From: an uncultured Nitrososphaerales archaeon
Lineage (GTDB): Archaea > Thermoproteota > Nitrososphaeria > Nitrososphaerales > Nitrososphaeraceae
Assembly: GCA_963709405.1 (NCBI GenBank)
Contig: CAVPXM010000027.1
Span: 1 to 20,282, forward strand
Length of the DNA stretch: 20,282 nucleotides
Reading direction: 5' to 3'
Positions 1 to 9,108 of this stretch are shown here, piece after piece. Within the stretch, counting starts at the first letter, position 1. The number at the start of each line of letters is the position of its first letter. The notes beneath the pieces were generated by a model that did not search any database, was not told the origin of the DNA, and was given only the letters and a program-made list of their open reading frames with translations. The translations under genes and the position numbers were made by a program.

Positions 1-82
1 GATTACGAGTCTCATAAAGCAAGAGATCTAATGAATCAATCAATGAATCACTATCAAATATGTGTAACGTCTTAACGTCCTC

Positions 83-405
83 AAATGTCAAGCTAAAATA
101 AGAAGCTACAAACGCTTTGTCATGAAGCATCCGAATGATACGGTACAGATGGATATCCTTGGCCCTTTCTATCTGAGTAATTCTAGTCAAAGGAAGTATT
201 ACATCATTAGCTGTTTAGACGATTGTTCAAGAATAGTAACTAGCAAGTGGTCTCAAAGAAAGAGGTCAGTTGATGTCCTGAATGTATTAGAGGATTGGAT
301 AATCCTTAATGGTGAGCTAGGAGATAATGCATGATAGGCAGTCACAAAATATTTAGACGCTTTCTTGTACACAATCAGATAAAGGATAAACAAATACCAA
401 GATAG
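83..405 (+). mobile_element. IS481/IS3-type (rve integrase-core) transposase remnant
   Basis: Frame of ORF 122..334 reads RSYKRFVMKHPNDTVQMDILGPF...YYIISCLDDCSR, the F-x3-PN-x2-(W/V)QMD and DDxSR motifs of rve DDE domains. It continues after a frameshift as IFRRFLVHNQIKDKQIPR*. HTH N-terminus and catalytic Glu region are missing. Confidence 0.8.
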
Positions 406-509
406 TGAAGGATATCGTCAGATAATCGTGCACGCGTAGGCCTCTGAGAATATGGAATATTTGGAGGTATAACGAAGTCTTGATTCAGAAGGAATATCTC
501 CTGAACGAA

Positions 510-702
510 TCAACTACCTCCAGATGTTGATGTCGAATTCGGATTCGTTATACTGGATGACACGTTAATCTTCGGTGCTACTTGAAGGGCCATGATGGTG
601 ACCATTGTAAAGCATCTCGTATATCAGGCTCTCATAGCCGGGAGTCACAAGGATGTCCGGTGACATCGCGGGGAAGTAGTCTGAGGCGGCAAGTACTTTG
701 CC
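510..702 (-). pseudogene. C-terminal fragment (copy A) of an unknown propeller-like protein family
   Basis: Manual translation GKVLAASDYFPAMSPDILVTPGYESLIYEMLYNGH/(frameshift)IMALQVAPKINVSSSITNPNSTSTSGGS*. Aligns by eye with 6639..6870 and 12847..13149. Not in the ORF track. Confidence 0.85.
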
Positions 703-758
703 TTACCAAAGCGCCAAAAACTAATAACTTAGAATAATAAAGAAAAAGAAAAATTAGT

Positions 759-1027
759 CTAGTCATGGTTGTCTTCTGATGACTGACAGGTTTCTTCACT
801 ATTTCCACTTGATCTACATCCCTTTAGAAATCCGTCCTGATAGTTATTGCCACAGCGATCAAATCTCGACGCATCAAATGGGTGATCTTTGCCGTCATTC
901 ACGCCGGTGTTGAAACATTCGGTATGTTTCTTTGCATGTACGCTTACGTTACTCGCCGGCGAGCCTAATACTAATCCCATTATTACTACCATACGGCCAC
1001 TGTCATTACTGTAGTTGTTTTATTCAA
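759..1027 (-). CDS. Small secreted Cys-containing hypothetical protein (signal peptide appears frameshifted)
   Basis: ORF 759..992 has a hydrophobic start, a VHA cleavage-like site and 4 Cys (CFNTGVNDG...C...YQDGFLKGC...C). Upstream TTG at 1027 gives MNKTTTVMTVAV one base out of frame, suggesting a 1-bp deletion near 993. Confidence 0.6.
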
Positions 1028-1368
1028 CCTACCACATCTATAATTGATCCATATTATTGAACATTGTGCTTATTCTTTCTAGAAGAAGATTCTAATATAG
1101 ATGAAATAGGAACAAAATGTCATTTCATTTATGAATTGGATTAAGCTTCGTAACTACAATGTGGAACAGTGTTTGATAATGTCTCGCAATGCGATACCCC
1201 CCATCAGTAATTCATCCTACCAGGTTGATTCTTAGATAAGGAACTCATCAATCTTCTGAATGTCAGAGATATGTATCCGAATCTTAATCCTAAGAGTAGG
1301 AAAATAAGTAATCCCCCAAGCAAGGTACATGCGGCTTGAAGTACATCATTATCGTCCAGAATTTCATT

Positions 1369-1604
1369 CAAGCAAGTAGATTCTTAAATATTGAATATCA
1401 CAATCAATTATTCCTCGATTGAAAAAAGGTTCATAGAAAGGACGGTACAGTACATAATAAGACATAGAACCGAATGTTTTGATGATTATTTTCCTTGTAC
1501 AAGAATTAACTGCAAACTACAGGGCATAATGAAGTGGTTGGTTTTATTTGTAGAAATGCATAACAGCTCGTGATAGAACAAAAGATTGTTAAATGAACAG
1601 GGCC
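1369..1604 (+). mobile_element. IS6-family element, right-end remnant with terminal inverted repeat
   Basis: SSIEKRFIERTVQYI..RTECFDDYFPC is the C-terminus of archaeal IS6 transposases. It ends in GTTAAATGAACAGGGCC (1588..1604), whose reverse complement GGCCCTGTTCATTTAAC matches the ends at 6310 and 11379. Confidence 0.85.
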
Positions 1605-1645
1605 GCCATACTAAAATAGAGTATTTATACAACAGAAAAGTTAGG

Positions 1646-1664
1646 CGTGCATAATTTATGCACG
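1646..1664. promoter_or_regulatory. Perfect 9-1-9 palindrome CGTGCATAA-T-TTATGCACG
   Basis: Directly visible inverted repeat 53 bp past the PII stop. Function (operator or terminator) unknown. Confidence 0.3.
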
Positions 1665-1716
1665 TGTACTATCAGTTGACGCGAGATAATAAAAGCGGCA
1701 CCTCTCGCCCTGCATC

Positions 1717-2088
1717 TTAGATCAATACTAGATCATCAACTGGTGAAATCATGACAACTGCCTTCTCACCCGCAATAGCTTTTTTCATTCTTTCTACAAC
1801 CTCATTGACATTATCAGACTTTACTACTGTAGCCACAACTTTTCTTGTAGTATACGCAAGCTCAAATGTACTACTTCCCCTACCTGATGCAATTCTTTCC
1901 TTATCTTTTGTTGCCCCCTTTACATCATAAATTGTCGCTTCAAGTCCCATTTCTTTAAGTGATGAGATAATCTCAGCAACGTTTTCTGGCTTCACAATAA
2001 CTGCGAGTCTCTTCATACCTTTTGGCTTGTCGCTTGGCTTTTCAGAGTAAGCCACTTCGAATGGTAACGTCAGTTTGTCTCCAACCAT
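1717..2088 (-). CDS. PII-family (GlnB/GlnK-like) signal protein, divergent
   Basis: MKRLAVIVKPENV..II..LKEMG..ATIYDVKG...GRG...VVKSDNVNEVVE...V.ISPVDD follows the PII fold pattern. Has a 24-aa N-terminal extension, and the B-loop and C-loop motifs are degenerate. Confidence 0.85.
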   Translation of the reverse strand: MVGDKLTLPFEVAYSEKPSDKPKGMKRLAVIVKPENVAEIISSLKEMGLEATIYDVKGATKDKERIASGRGSSTFELAYTTRKVVATVVKSDNVNEVVERMKKAIAGEKAVVMISPVDDLVLI

Positions 2089-2519
2089 AGATTAGTTAGT
2101 TGATGAGTGCTAGAAAAGTATTATGGTACCTAGATACTGATGAACGGAATAATATAATACTCTGTAATGCGCTTCTCATTTTTAGATGTTATCTATTACA
2201 ACGTGTGCTCTTACAAAGTAAGTGATTGAAGAGTCGAACTTATCTGCAATTCACTACAAGATGGTACCCACTCAACTGGAAAATACAAATAGACAGACGT
2301 GAACCATGACGTTATTACCTACGGCTGATTGCTAGAGATAAATGATCATGCTTACGACAGATCATATGGCATAATAATCGTTTCCTTGCTTATTACATTG
2401 AGGATCTCGATTAGGCCTGTTTATTTCTAAAGGCATTGTAGACTGTTCGCACACACGATAGATTTAAACGACTACCTTGTTCCAGTGCCAGGTAATTGTA
2501 ACAGGCTTTTACGTACTAA

Positions 2520-3260
2520 CTAATTCTTTCTTAGTGCAAAGAATATGAAAGTGTAATCAAGGCAAGTATCATTCCAATGAACAACTTTGTCTCCGTGCGT
2601 GAAATCTATTGGTTCAGTAAGAAGGAAACCGTTCCGTTCTGCAATGCTAATTACGTCTTCCTCTATTTCTCTCCTGCTGAAAATATTATCAGGCGAATTC
2701 TTAGGATTTACGTCCGTATTTATTAGATTGGATATCTTATCAGGCCAGTAGTCTGTCGATGTCAAAAGTAATCCATCTTTTTTTAATATTCTATTCATTT
2801 CTTTGAAATAGTTTTGAATATTAATACCATGCTCGATGACCGATAGTGATGTAACAAAATCAAATGTATTGTTTTGAAATTCGGTTTTTTCTAGATCTTG
2901 AATTGAAATATCAAATGTCTTATGCATTTCTACTGTGGATGATATTCCTTTTTTTAGAAACAAATCACATCCATATAGGTTTATGAAACCAAGTCTACTT
3001 AGCAGAGGCAAAATCGGAGAACCATTACATCCCACATCTAGTACAAAAGCGCTTGTGTCTGATTGCTTTATTATATCAACCATCTTAAGTGTATCCCATG
3101 ACTTTACTCTATCATGATGTGGAAATAGACCTAGAGAACGAAGACAATCGATTGCGTGATATATCTCAAAGGAGTTTTTGAGAACTGAATTATGTCCCAT
3201 AATTTCAAAGCACTTTGCGAAGTAATTTAAGTGTACGAATCGGCAGCAGATCTTAAACAA
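2520..3260 (-). CDS. Class I SAM-dependent methyltransferase
   Basis: Motif I VLDVGCNG, FQNNTFDFVTSLSVIEHG, EMNRILKKDGLLLTS. Start codon uncertain (TTG 3260 or ATG 3200). Confidence 0.88.
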   Translation of the reverse strand: MFKICCRFVHLNYFAKCFEIMGHNSVLKNSFEIYHAIDCLRSLGLFPHHDRVKSWDTLKMVDIIKQSDTSAFVLDVGCNGSPILPLLSRLGFINLYGCDLFLKKGISSTVEMHKTFDISIQDLEKTEFQNNTFDFVTSLSVIEHGINIQNYFKEMNRILKKDGLLLTSTDYWPDKISNLINTDVNPKNSPDNIFSRREIEEDVISIAERNGFLLTEPIDFTHGDKVVHWNDTCLDYTFIFFALRKN

Positions 3261-3820
3261 AACTTTGATCTTCTAATGACAACGTCGATGATAAAGCCTC
3301 AAGCGGATTGTAAGTGCAACAAGCGAAGCAACTCTAAATGGAGAGAAATCAGACTGACATTTTCTCAAAATACCATCCGTCCTTAATTTTCCACGTGAGA
3401 GCATCGTCGTATGAAATAAGGTGACGCAAGATCATATAGCAGATTAGCCTAGCTAATTCCTTGCCTGGCAGTATCAATATCTTAATTGATGAAGTGTAAC
3501 GTAGAGGTCGTTTGATAAGAACCAGAGAAGCCACGGAGATACTCACTGCGATCATCGTGAAGTAAGGAGACGGTGAGAACTAAAATCATGTCAAAAATGG
3601 TTCACAAACCACCGGCCCCACTGTAATATTATTTCTCTATTAGGATTTACTCGGTAAAAAAGAGATCTGCTAGGAGACCAAAAACTACAAGGGATTAGTA
3701 TGCGAGAGGCAATAGCTATCTCATTTGCTAGCCTATCTCTGCTTAAGCTTTGGCGTCTGAAACGTAGTTACAGGAATATGCTAACCATCTCCTCAAATGT
3801 ACTTTCATCCTAGTGATATA

Positions 3821-4650
3821 TTATGGCTTGACCCAATCTCTAATCACCACATCCATAGCACCATCATCAATTAATGATCCGATATGAGGATCTCTGAAAC
3901 CGATGTATCCACAATGATTGTCTCCCCATAGTTTAGCGACATGGACATCTTCAAAACACTCCTCAACGTTACCATCTCCATTTGCGTCTGAAAGAGGGGG
4001 TATTTGATATGCAACGGTTGTGTCGGTATAGTTTATATAAACGGTCCCTTTTGGGGCTCCAACCAAACCTAGTGGCTGATCACCCTCGATTTATTGATTA
4101 ACTTTTAATCCATCATCTTCTGGGTTGTATAAATTATAAAATTTATGTACCACATGTACTATTGCAGAGGTGTGATTTCTTATCAACGTATTGTCAATGG
4201 AGCACCTAGTAGATGTACAGACGCTATTTTACCCTTCCACTTAGAATTGTTGCTAAGATTAACTAATGATTCATCAACAACTGCTGCACCTAATGAATGG
4301 GCTATTAATCGAATTTCAGGTACTGGGACAGTTCTTGTGAAAACCAATGATATATTCTGCAAGCATTGGGCCGTTCTCTTTGGCATTGATCTTGGCTCTA
4401 TTCCACAGAACATTGGAATTCCAACTAAACCCAACAAGAGGAATTCTGTAATTATTGTGACTTAATGACATTCGTATTCTATTAAATTCCTCTTTGGCCT
4501 CGCTATCGTTTCTATTAAACCCATAAACGTAAATGGCGATTTCTGATGGACAGCCTGAACCAAATTTGGTAAGAGTGAAGTTAAATGCCGCTGGATTTGC
4601 TACCACATTTCTTGCTCAGTATTCTTATACAGGATTAGTAGAGGCGAATC
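3821..4650 (-). pseudogene. Alpha/beta hydrolase (DUF726/DUF900-like) pseudogene
   Basis: Joined frames: IAIYVYGF...PLVGFSWNS...WNRAKINAKENGPMLA / EIRLIAHSLGAAVV...VHLLGA / IDN...KFYNLYNPEDDGL..*..QPLGLVGAP...DNHCGYIG. AHSLG nucleophile elbow present. Frameshifts near 4318 and 4200, in-frame stop near 4093. Confidence 0.85.
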
Positions 4651-4800
4651 ATGGCAAAATAATATATAATAGTATTAGATATTTGATTGGTCAATATATC
4701 AGCAGTGTGCTAGCTCTTAAAGGTTTTTCCAATCTGACTACTGGTAGAGAGTGACGATCCTTCAATTCTTTACAACAAATTTTAATTGCGTTATTCATTT

Positions 4801-4998
4801 CTATTTCAGTTTTGTTATCGTCAGTTCATACTCTCTTCTATGAACATATTCTCGTATAATCTTGGTATATCGATTATAGCGTTTAACTCGTTCTTTGTGT
4901 ATATGTTCCTCACACGTAAAGACCTCTAATAGAAATATAGCATGAGTTACCTCTTTATCACATAGACCGTCTTGACTAGAATATTCACACCTAGTCAT
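4801..4998 (-). CDS. Small hypothetical protein with possible Zn-binding C-x8-C...C-x2-H motif
   Basis: MTRCEYSSQDGLCDKEVTH...FTCEEH. Starts 2 nt after the stop of the upstream ORF. Confidence 0.6.
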   Translation of the reverse strand: MTRCEYSSQDGLCDKEVTHAIFLLEVFTCEEHIHKERVKRYNRYTKIIREYVHRREYELTITKLK

Positions 4999-5000
4999 TT

Positions 5001-5214
5001 CTATTCTTTTACCTGATATTCCTCGATTTCCATTTTATCCATCTCAAAGAGCGATTCCTTATCTTCAACTGAAAAATGCTCCCACTTCATTATACTATCG
5101 TTAATCTCAATATTCTTGACTTTTGATATATTTTTCAGCCATTTGTTTATCTAACCAAATGGAGTCCAGATCTCTCGAAGAATACGAGCCATACCACACA
5201 CCATAGACTTTCAT
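5001..5214 (-). pseudogene. Small phage-type hypothetical protein with one frameshift
   Basis: ATG at 5214 overlaps the upstream TGA (ATGA). Reads MKVYGVWYGSYSSRDLDSIWLDKQMAEKYI/KVKNIEINDSIMKWEHFSVEDKESLFEMDKMEIEEYQVKE*, with one extra base near the A4 run at 5121..5124. Not in the ORF track. Confidence 0.7.
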
Positions 5215-5480
5215 TTCTCTTCGATACCTACTCCTTCCTCATCTTCTATCTCGTTAACGATAACATTCATATCATTAAATGCTTTAAATTGAATTTCTTC
5301 TGCTTTATCTATTTCTTCTTGGCTATGACCTTCTGGATTGTGAATTATATCCCATGTCTCGTAGTAGTATCGTTTTACTGCTTCTTGGGCTAGTGCTAAG
5401 GGATTGGGTTCGCCGCCTAGTTTCTCTTTATAGGCCAGATAGGATTTTCGAATTTCCTCTTTAATCTCTTCTCTTTTCAT
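5211..5480 (-). CDS. Acidic helical hypothetical protein
   Basis: 89-aa ORF with protein-like composition, preceded by SD-like AGAAGGAGTGA about 9 nt upstream, stop overlapping the next start. Confidence 0.75.
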   Translation of the reverse strand: MKREEIKEEIRKSYLAYKEKLGGEPNPLALAQEAVKRYYYETWDIIHNPEGHSQEEIDKAEEIQFKAFNDMNVIVNEIEDEEGVGIEEK

Positions 5481-5655
5481 CTCTTATTTTCACTCCTTCT
5501 AATATATGAAAATGTCAGAAAGTTTGCGGTTGCATTTAGTCCACCTACAACTAGAATTAACAACGAGATGATTTCAATGTCAGTCACTTCCGTATGCATG
5601 CTCTCTATGCTCTTATCAGCACGCTAGTTACATTTGATTTTTCGTAACATAACTG

Positions 5656-5952
5656 TTGATAAGTCCGTTGGGTTTTACCCGCACTAATAATAATAACAAC
5701 ACCATGCCCCCCGTAATCGCAGTAAGAAATGATTCTAAGAATTCAAGTCCTTCGCCAGATTGGATTGCATCAGACGATGAACATAGTAATAATATAACAG
5801 CATTTGGCACCGATTACACTAGCAAGGTAAATAAGAAAAAAGACATTAAGAATAATACGAAAGCAAACAACATCCAGAGGAATGAATCGTTAGACAACTA
5901 TCGATCATTACCCCAAATTCTTCTTGTGTCAGAGCTGCCGGGTATGATGTGA
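5656..5952 (+). pseudogene. Asn/Lys-rich low-complexity hypothetical, probably a decayed secreted protein
   Basis: Poly-Asn tract; the upstream in-frame hydrophobic stretch is interrupted by stops. No family recognised. Confidence 0.3.
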
Positions 5953-6309
5953 AGGAATATTCTAACGATCCGCTTCATAAGTAACGAAGAAACAGATTCG
6001 TTGCGGTAGATGAACTATCCGATGGAGGATGACACACAGCATTATCTGAAGAATGGACACTCAAGGTTAAGTATAAGGCCGCATTATACTATCAATCATA
6101 TTGTCGTCAACCATAATTGTATATCATAAAAGGGTCATAACGAGGAATAATAACGATCCACGGAATGGTAGAATTAATTATTAGTTTAAGAGACACTCCT
6201 ATTCCTTTTAATTTGCCGGACCCATGTTGTTACAATGGGCTTAGGAGAGACAGCCGAACAATCACGTACAAGGTAGGCACAGTTCACATAATTTTCTGAT
6301 TTTTTGACA

Positions 6310-6465
6310 TGCTCTGTTCACTTAACAGTCTTTTCCATAATCTCTCTTTTATGCATACCTTTAAACAATCTCAAGTAATTCATGACATGGTAGCAAAATC
6401 ATTATTATCTTTCCAAGATGGGAAATAATCATAAAGCACAATTTGATCTTTTATGTATTCGATAT
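6310..6465 (-). mobile_element. IS6-family right-end remnant
   Basis: TGCTCTGTTCACTTAAC at 6310..6326 (TIR). Minus strand gives IEYIKD../..DYFP../HVMNYLRLFKGMHKREIMEKTVK*, homologous to the C-terminus at 1391..1573. Confidence 0.75.
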
Positions 6466-6638
6466 TTTACACCTCGATGGAGAGAATGTACTCAATCATC
6501 TTTAATACTAAAAATATAATAGAAACAAGTAAACTGGATGTCACTACCGGACTGCTAGTGGACTTGACAGTTAGCTACATGCTCAAGCTGAGCTTGCACT
6601 TACACATAAGGAGGTTGTGATCGACTTCACTAGTCAGT

Positions 6639-7610
6639 CTATCGACCTCCACCAGCACCAGTCGTAGACGTCGATGTTGCTGATGTCGAATTAGAACTCG
6701 TGGATTTAGGCAAGACCTTCAACGCCATTATATGGCCGTCGTTCAGTCCTTCGTATATGAGTCGACCGTAGCCTGGCCATACTTCGAAGCCGGCTGACAT
6801 GAGGGCTGAAGAAATCAGAGGCTGCAAGTAATTTGCCAGTAGCAGCATCTCGCCACTGAATCTGTTCTTTGTAGTTGACACCTTTAGGTCCAAAAAAAAA
6901 ATCTAATGGATTGGTAACTTTCGATGAAATGTTTGTTCCTACTCGTACTCGTTGGTTAGCAGGACCAATGAGTATCATCCAGCTCAAAGTCGTCTGATCT
7001 GCACTCCAGGCAAGTGTCATGTTACCAGTTTTCTGATCGAGGCTGATACCTACAGACTTCCCTGGGCCGGAATCCATCGCATATATCGGATTATTTTGCC
7101 TATCAAAAGAAGGCATGGAGGGGATGTAGCTTACTTGTCCGGGCTTCAATGGCATAGGTTCAATCCTGGTGATCTTGCTTGCATTGGCCTGTGAGATGGC
7201 AAAGATGCTAAGCGGGACCTTGGCAGGGCCTCCGCCATTGGTCATGCAGATGACCCAACCACCCATGATCCCACAAGCTGATGCAGAAGTCTGACCTGGC
7301 AGCAAATACGAGACAGGACCCTAGCTCGTGTCAAGAGTTAGATTCTTGCCGTTCCACTCGTAACGGTAAAGGTTGGTCGATCCTGCTAGATAGGCGTAGT
7401 CCTTACCATGATACTGAGTAGCCGTAACGCGGCCTCCGATCATCTGCTTTAGCTGCACAGAGTCAAGTACCTTGAATGCCTTGGGATCGACAGCCACCAA
7501 GGTTGAACGAGGTGTCTGATTCAGGTTCGGGCAGTTAGAGAGTGCAAAAAAGCCTGGTAGCGTGCATCCGGGTGCTCGAGCTAAGTTCTTCATGACTAGA
7601 GTGCCATCAG
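6639..7610 (-). pseudogene. Unknown, probably secreted beta-propeller-like protein (copy B), 5'-truncated
   Basis: ORFs 7321..7593, 6706..7305 and 6639..6893 join into one protein: in-frame TAG at 7321 (DTS*GPVSY, likely ex-Trp) and a frameshift near 6802 (SDFFSP/MSAGF). Repeated xDxxTGK-like turns (VDPKAFKVL, LDQKTGNM, RDAATGKLL) and a Ser/Thr tail. GC higher than the flanks. Confidence 0.8.
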
Positions 7611-7611
7611 T

Positions 7612-8077
7612 ATATGGTGGCCCTTATTCCATCAAACACCCGATATACCAGAAGTCCTTGTACAAGGAAAAGAGATGATGTATTTATCATGGTTCTATCG
7701 TAATCTTGCGTATAATCCGTCTGCGATAACGCAAGCGGATATCAATGAATTTGTTAGCCATTATGCTGCTCCAGGTGGAATGCCTGCCGGATTTGAGTAT
7801 TATCGGGCTTTTCCACAGGATGCGATTCAAAATCACAATTATTCAAAGACTAAGCTTACAATGCCAGTACTGGCGGTAGGAGCAGGATATATTCCAGCAT
7901 TAGGAGGTAATGTTACTATGCCTACTATCGTGTATGGGATGCAGACATTAGCTCAAAATGCTCGGGGTATTCTAGTTCCAAATTCAGGTCATTGGATTCC
8001 AGAAGAGTCTGCCAGATTTTGTAATAAAACTACTCAACAATTTCTTTGGTGGTAATTCTACTAAAACTGGTAAATGA
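7612..8077 (+). pseudogene. Alpha/beta hydrolase (epoxide hydrolase-like), C-terminal half
   Basis: IWWPLFHQTPDIPEVLVQGKE...GFEYYRAF...KLTMPVLAVG...VPNSGHWIPEE/PDFVIKLLNNFFGG. Catalytic His motif present, N-terminal HGWP/nucleophile half absent, frameshift near 8008. Confidence 0.85.
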
Positions 8078-8296
8078 GAACTATCTCATAACTCTGCAAT
8101 TGTATTATCATATCCTTCCGCTCAATGACTTTTTTGCTTCCTAGTACATTTATGCAAGACTTTGTAAATTATCTTGGTCGAACTATAAAAACCCAGAATG
8201 CATTTTACCTTCCGGCAAGAGACCGAAAGCTCAGCTCAGTTTCGTGGCAAGCGGTGACAGAAACGGCTAAATCCTGGCGAGCGAAAGGAGAAACCC

Positions 8297-8620
8297 ATGG
8301 AATACCTCACCGATATGGTCACCACGGTTCCCGAAGGAACTAGCCCAGCCAAAGTCGATGAATTGCGCGCTGCGGAGGCAGTGCGCGCCGATGAGCTCAC
8401 CAAAGCAGGCCATTTGGTCCGACTGTGGCGCCCGCCGCTTGGTCCGGGCGAATGGCGCAGCATTGGGTTGTTCCGCGCCGCCGACGAGACAGAGCTTCGC
8501 GAAGTCCTCGCCTCGTTACCCCTTCATATCTGGATGAAGGTCACCATTACGCCGCTGGCTCCGCATCCCAATGATCCGGAATATCGCACCCGTCAAGCCA
8601 TGGATCACCCGTCGGGCTAG
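8297..8620 (+). CDS. Muconolactone delta-isomerase family protein (CatC-like)
   Basis: MEYL..M...VPEG......ELRAAEAVRA.EL...GHL.RLWR...G.W...GLF.A.D..EL..VL.SLPL..WM.V.ITPL.PHP matches the MIase family. Glu falls at position 27, as the catalytic Glu of CatC does. Strong SD AAAGGAG 6 nt upstream. Hand count 150/240 GC over 8341..8580. Confidence 0.9.
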   Translation: MEYLTDMVTTVPEGTSPAKVDELRAAEAVRADELTKAGHLVRLWRPPLGPGEWRSIGLFRAADETELREVLASLPLHIWMKVTITPLAPHPNDPEYRTRQAMDHPSG

Positions 8621-9108
8621 CGGCGTTTGGGTTGGTACCCGCAACACCGCCGGTGATGTGGGCAACGAATTATTCAGATCGAACAACATGATTTGAGACA
8701 CATAGCGGTTTTTTTAAGATTATACTATACTTGACGTAACTTCCAAAGATAGAACGGCTTGGTCATGAACTAGTTAAAGCTGTCGGAATAGAGGGTGAAT
8801 CGTTTCCTTAGCCAGGTGGAGAATCAGATATAATTGGATTTTCAATATCCTGATAAACTGCGAGAATATTAGATCAAGTATCTTTCTTGGTAGGACTTCA
8901 GTATTCTATAAACTTCTTTCCTCCTTGTTCGCCTTTATAGCAAATAATTCTTGTTTGATATTTATTATCTAACCATGATGTTTGACCGATGTGCAGCTTC
9001 GTCTATTAGAAGTATGATTCTAGCGTTCTAGTTTTTGTGCATTCCCCTCTTACAAATTGTTCTGATTAATTTGAATCAAGATATATAGTCATAATATGAA
9101 TAATTTAT

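Noticed and set aside
5916-6140. Alternate frame NSSCVRAAGYD looks like a KTSC-domain start
   Set aside because: The following residues do not fit (no L-x-V-x-F...Y-x-Y), and the frame has several stops.
6639-7610. Programmed frameshifting/readthrough or a diversity-generating retroelement explaining the repeated C-termini
   Set aside because: The gene also lacks its 5' end, differences between copies do not look adenine-specific, and no reverse transcriptase is present in the window.
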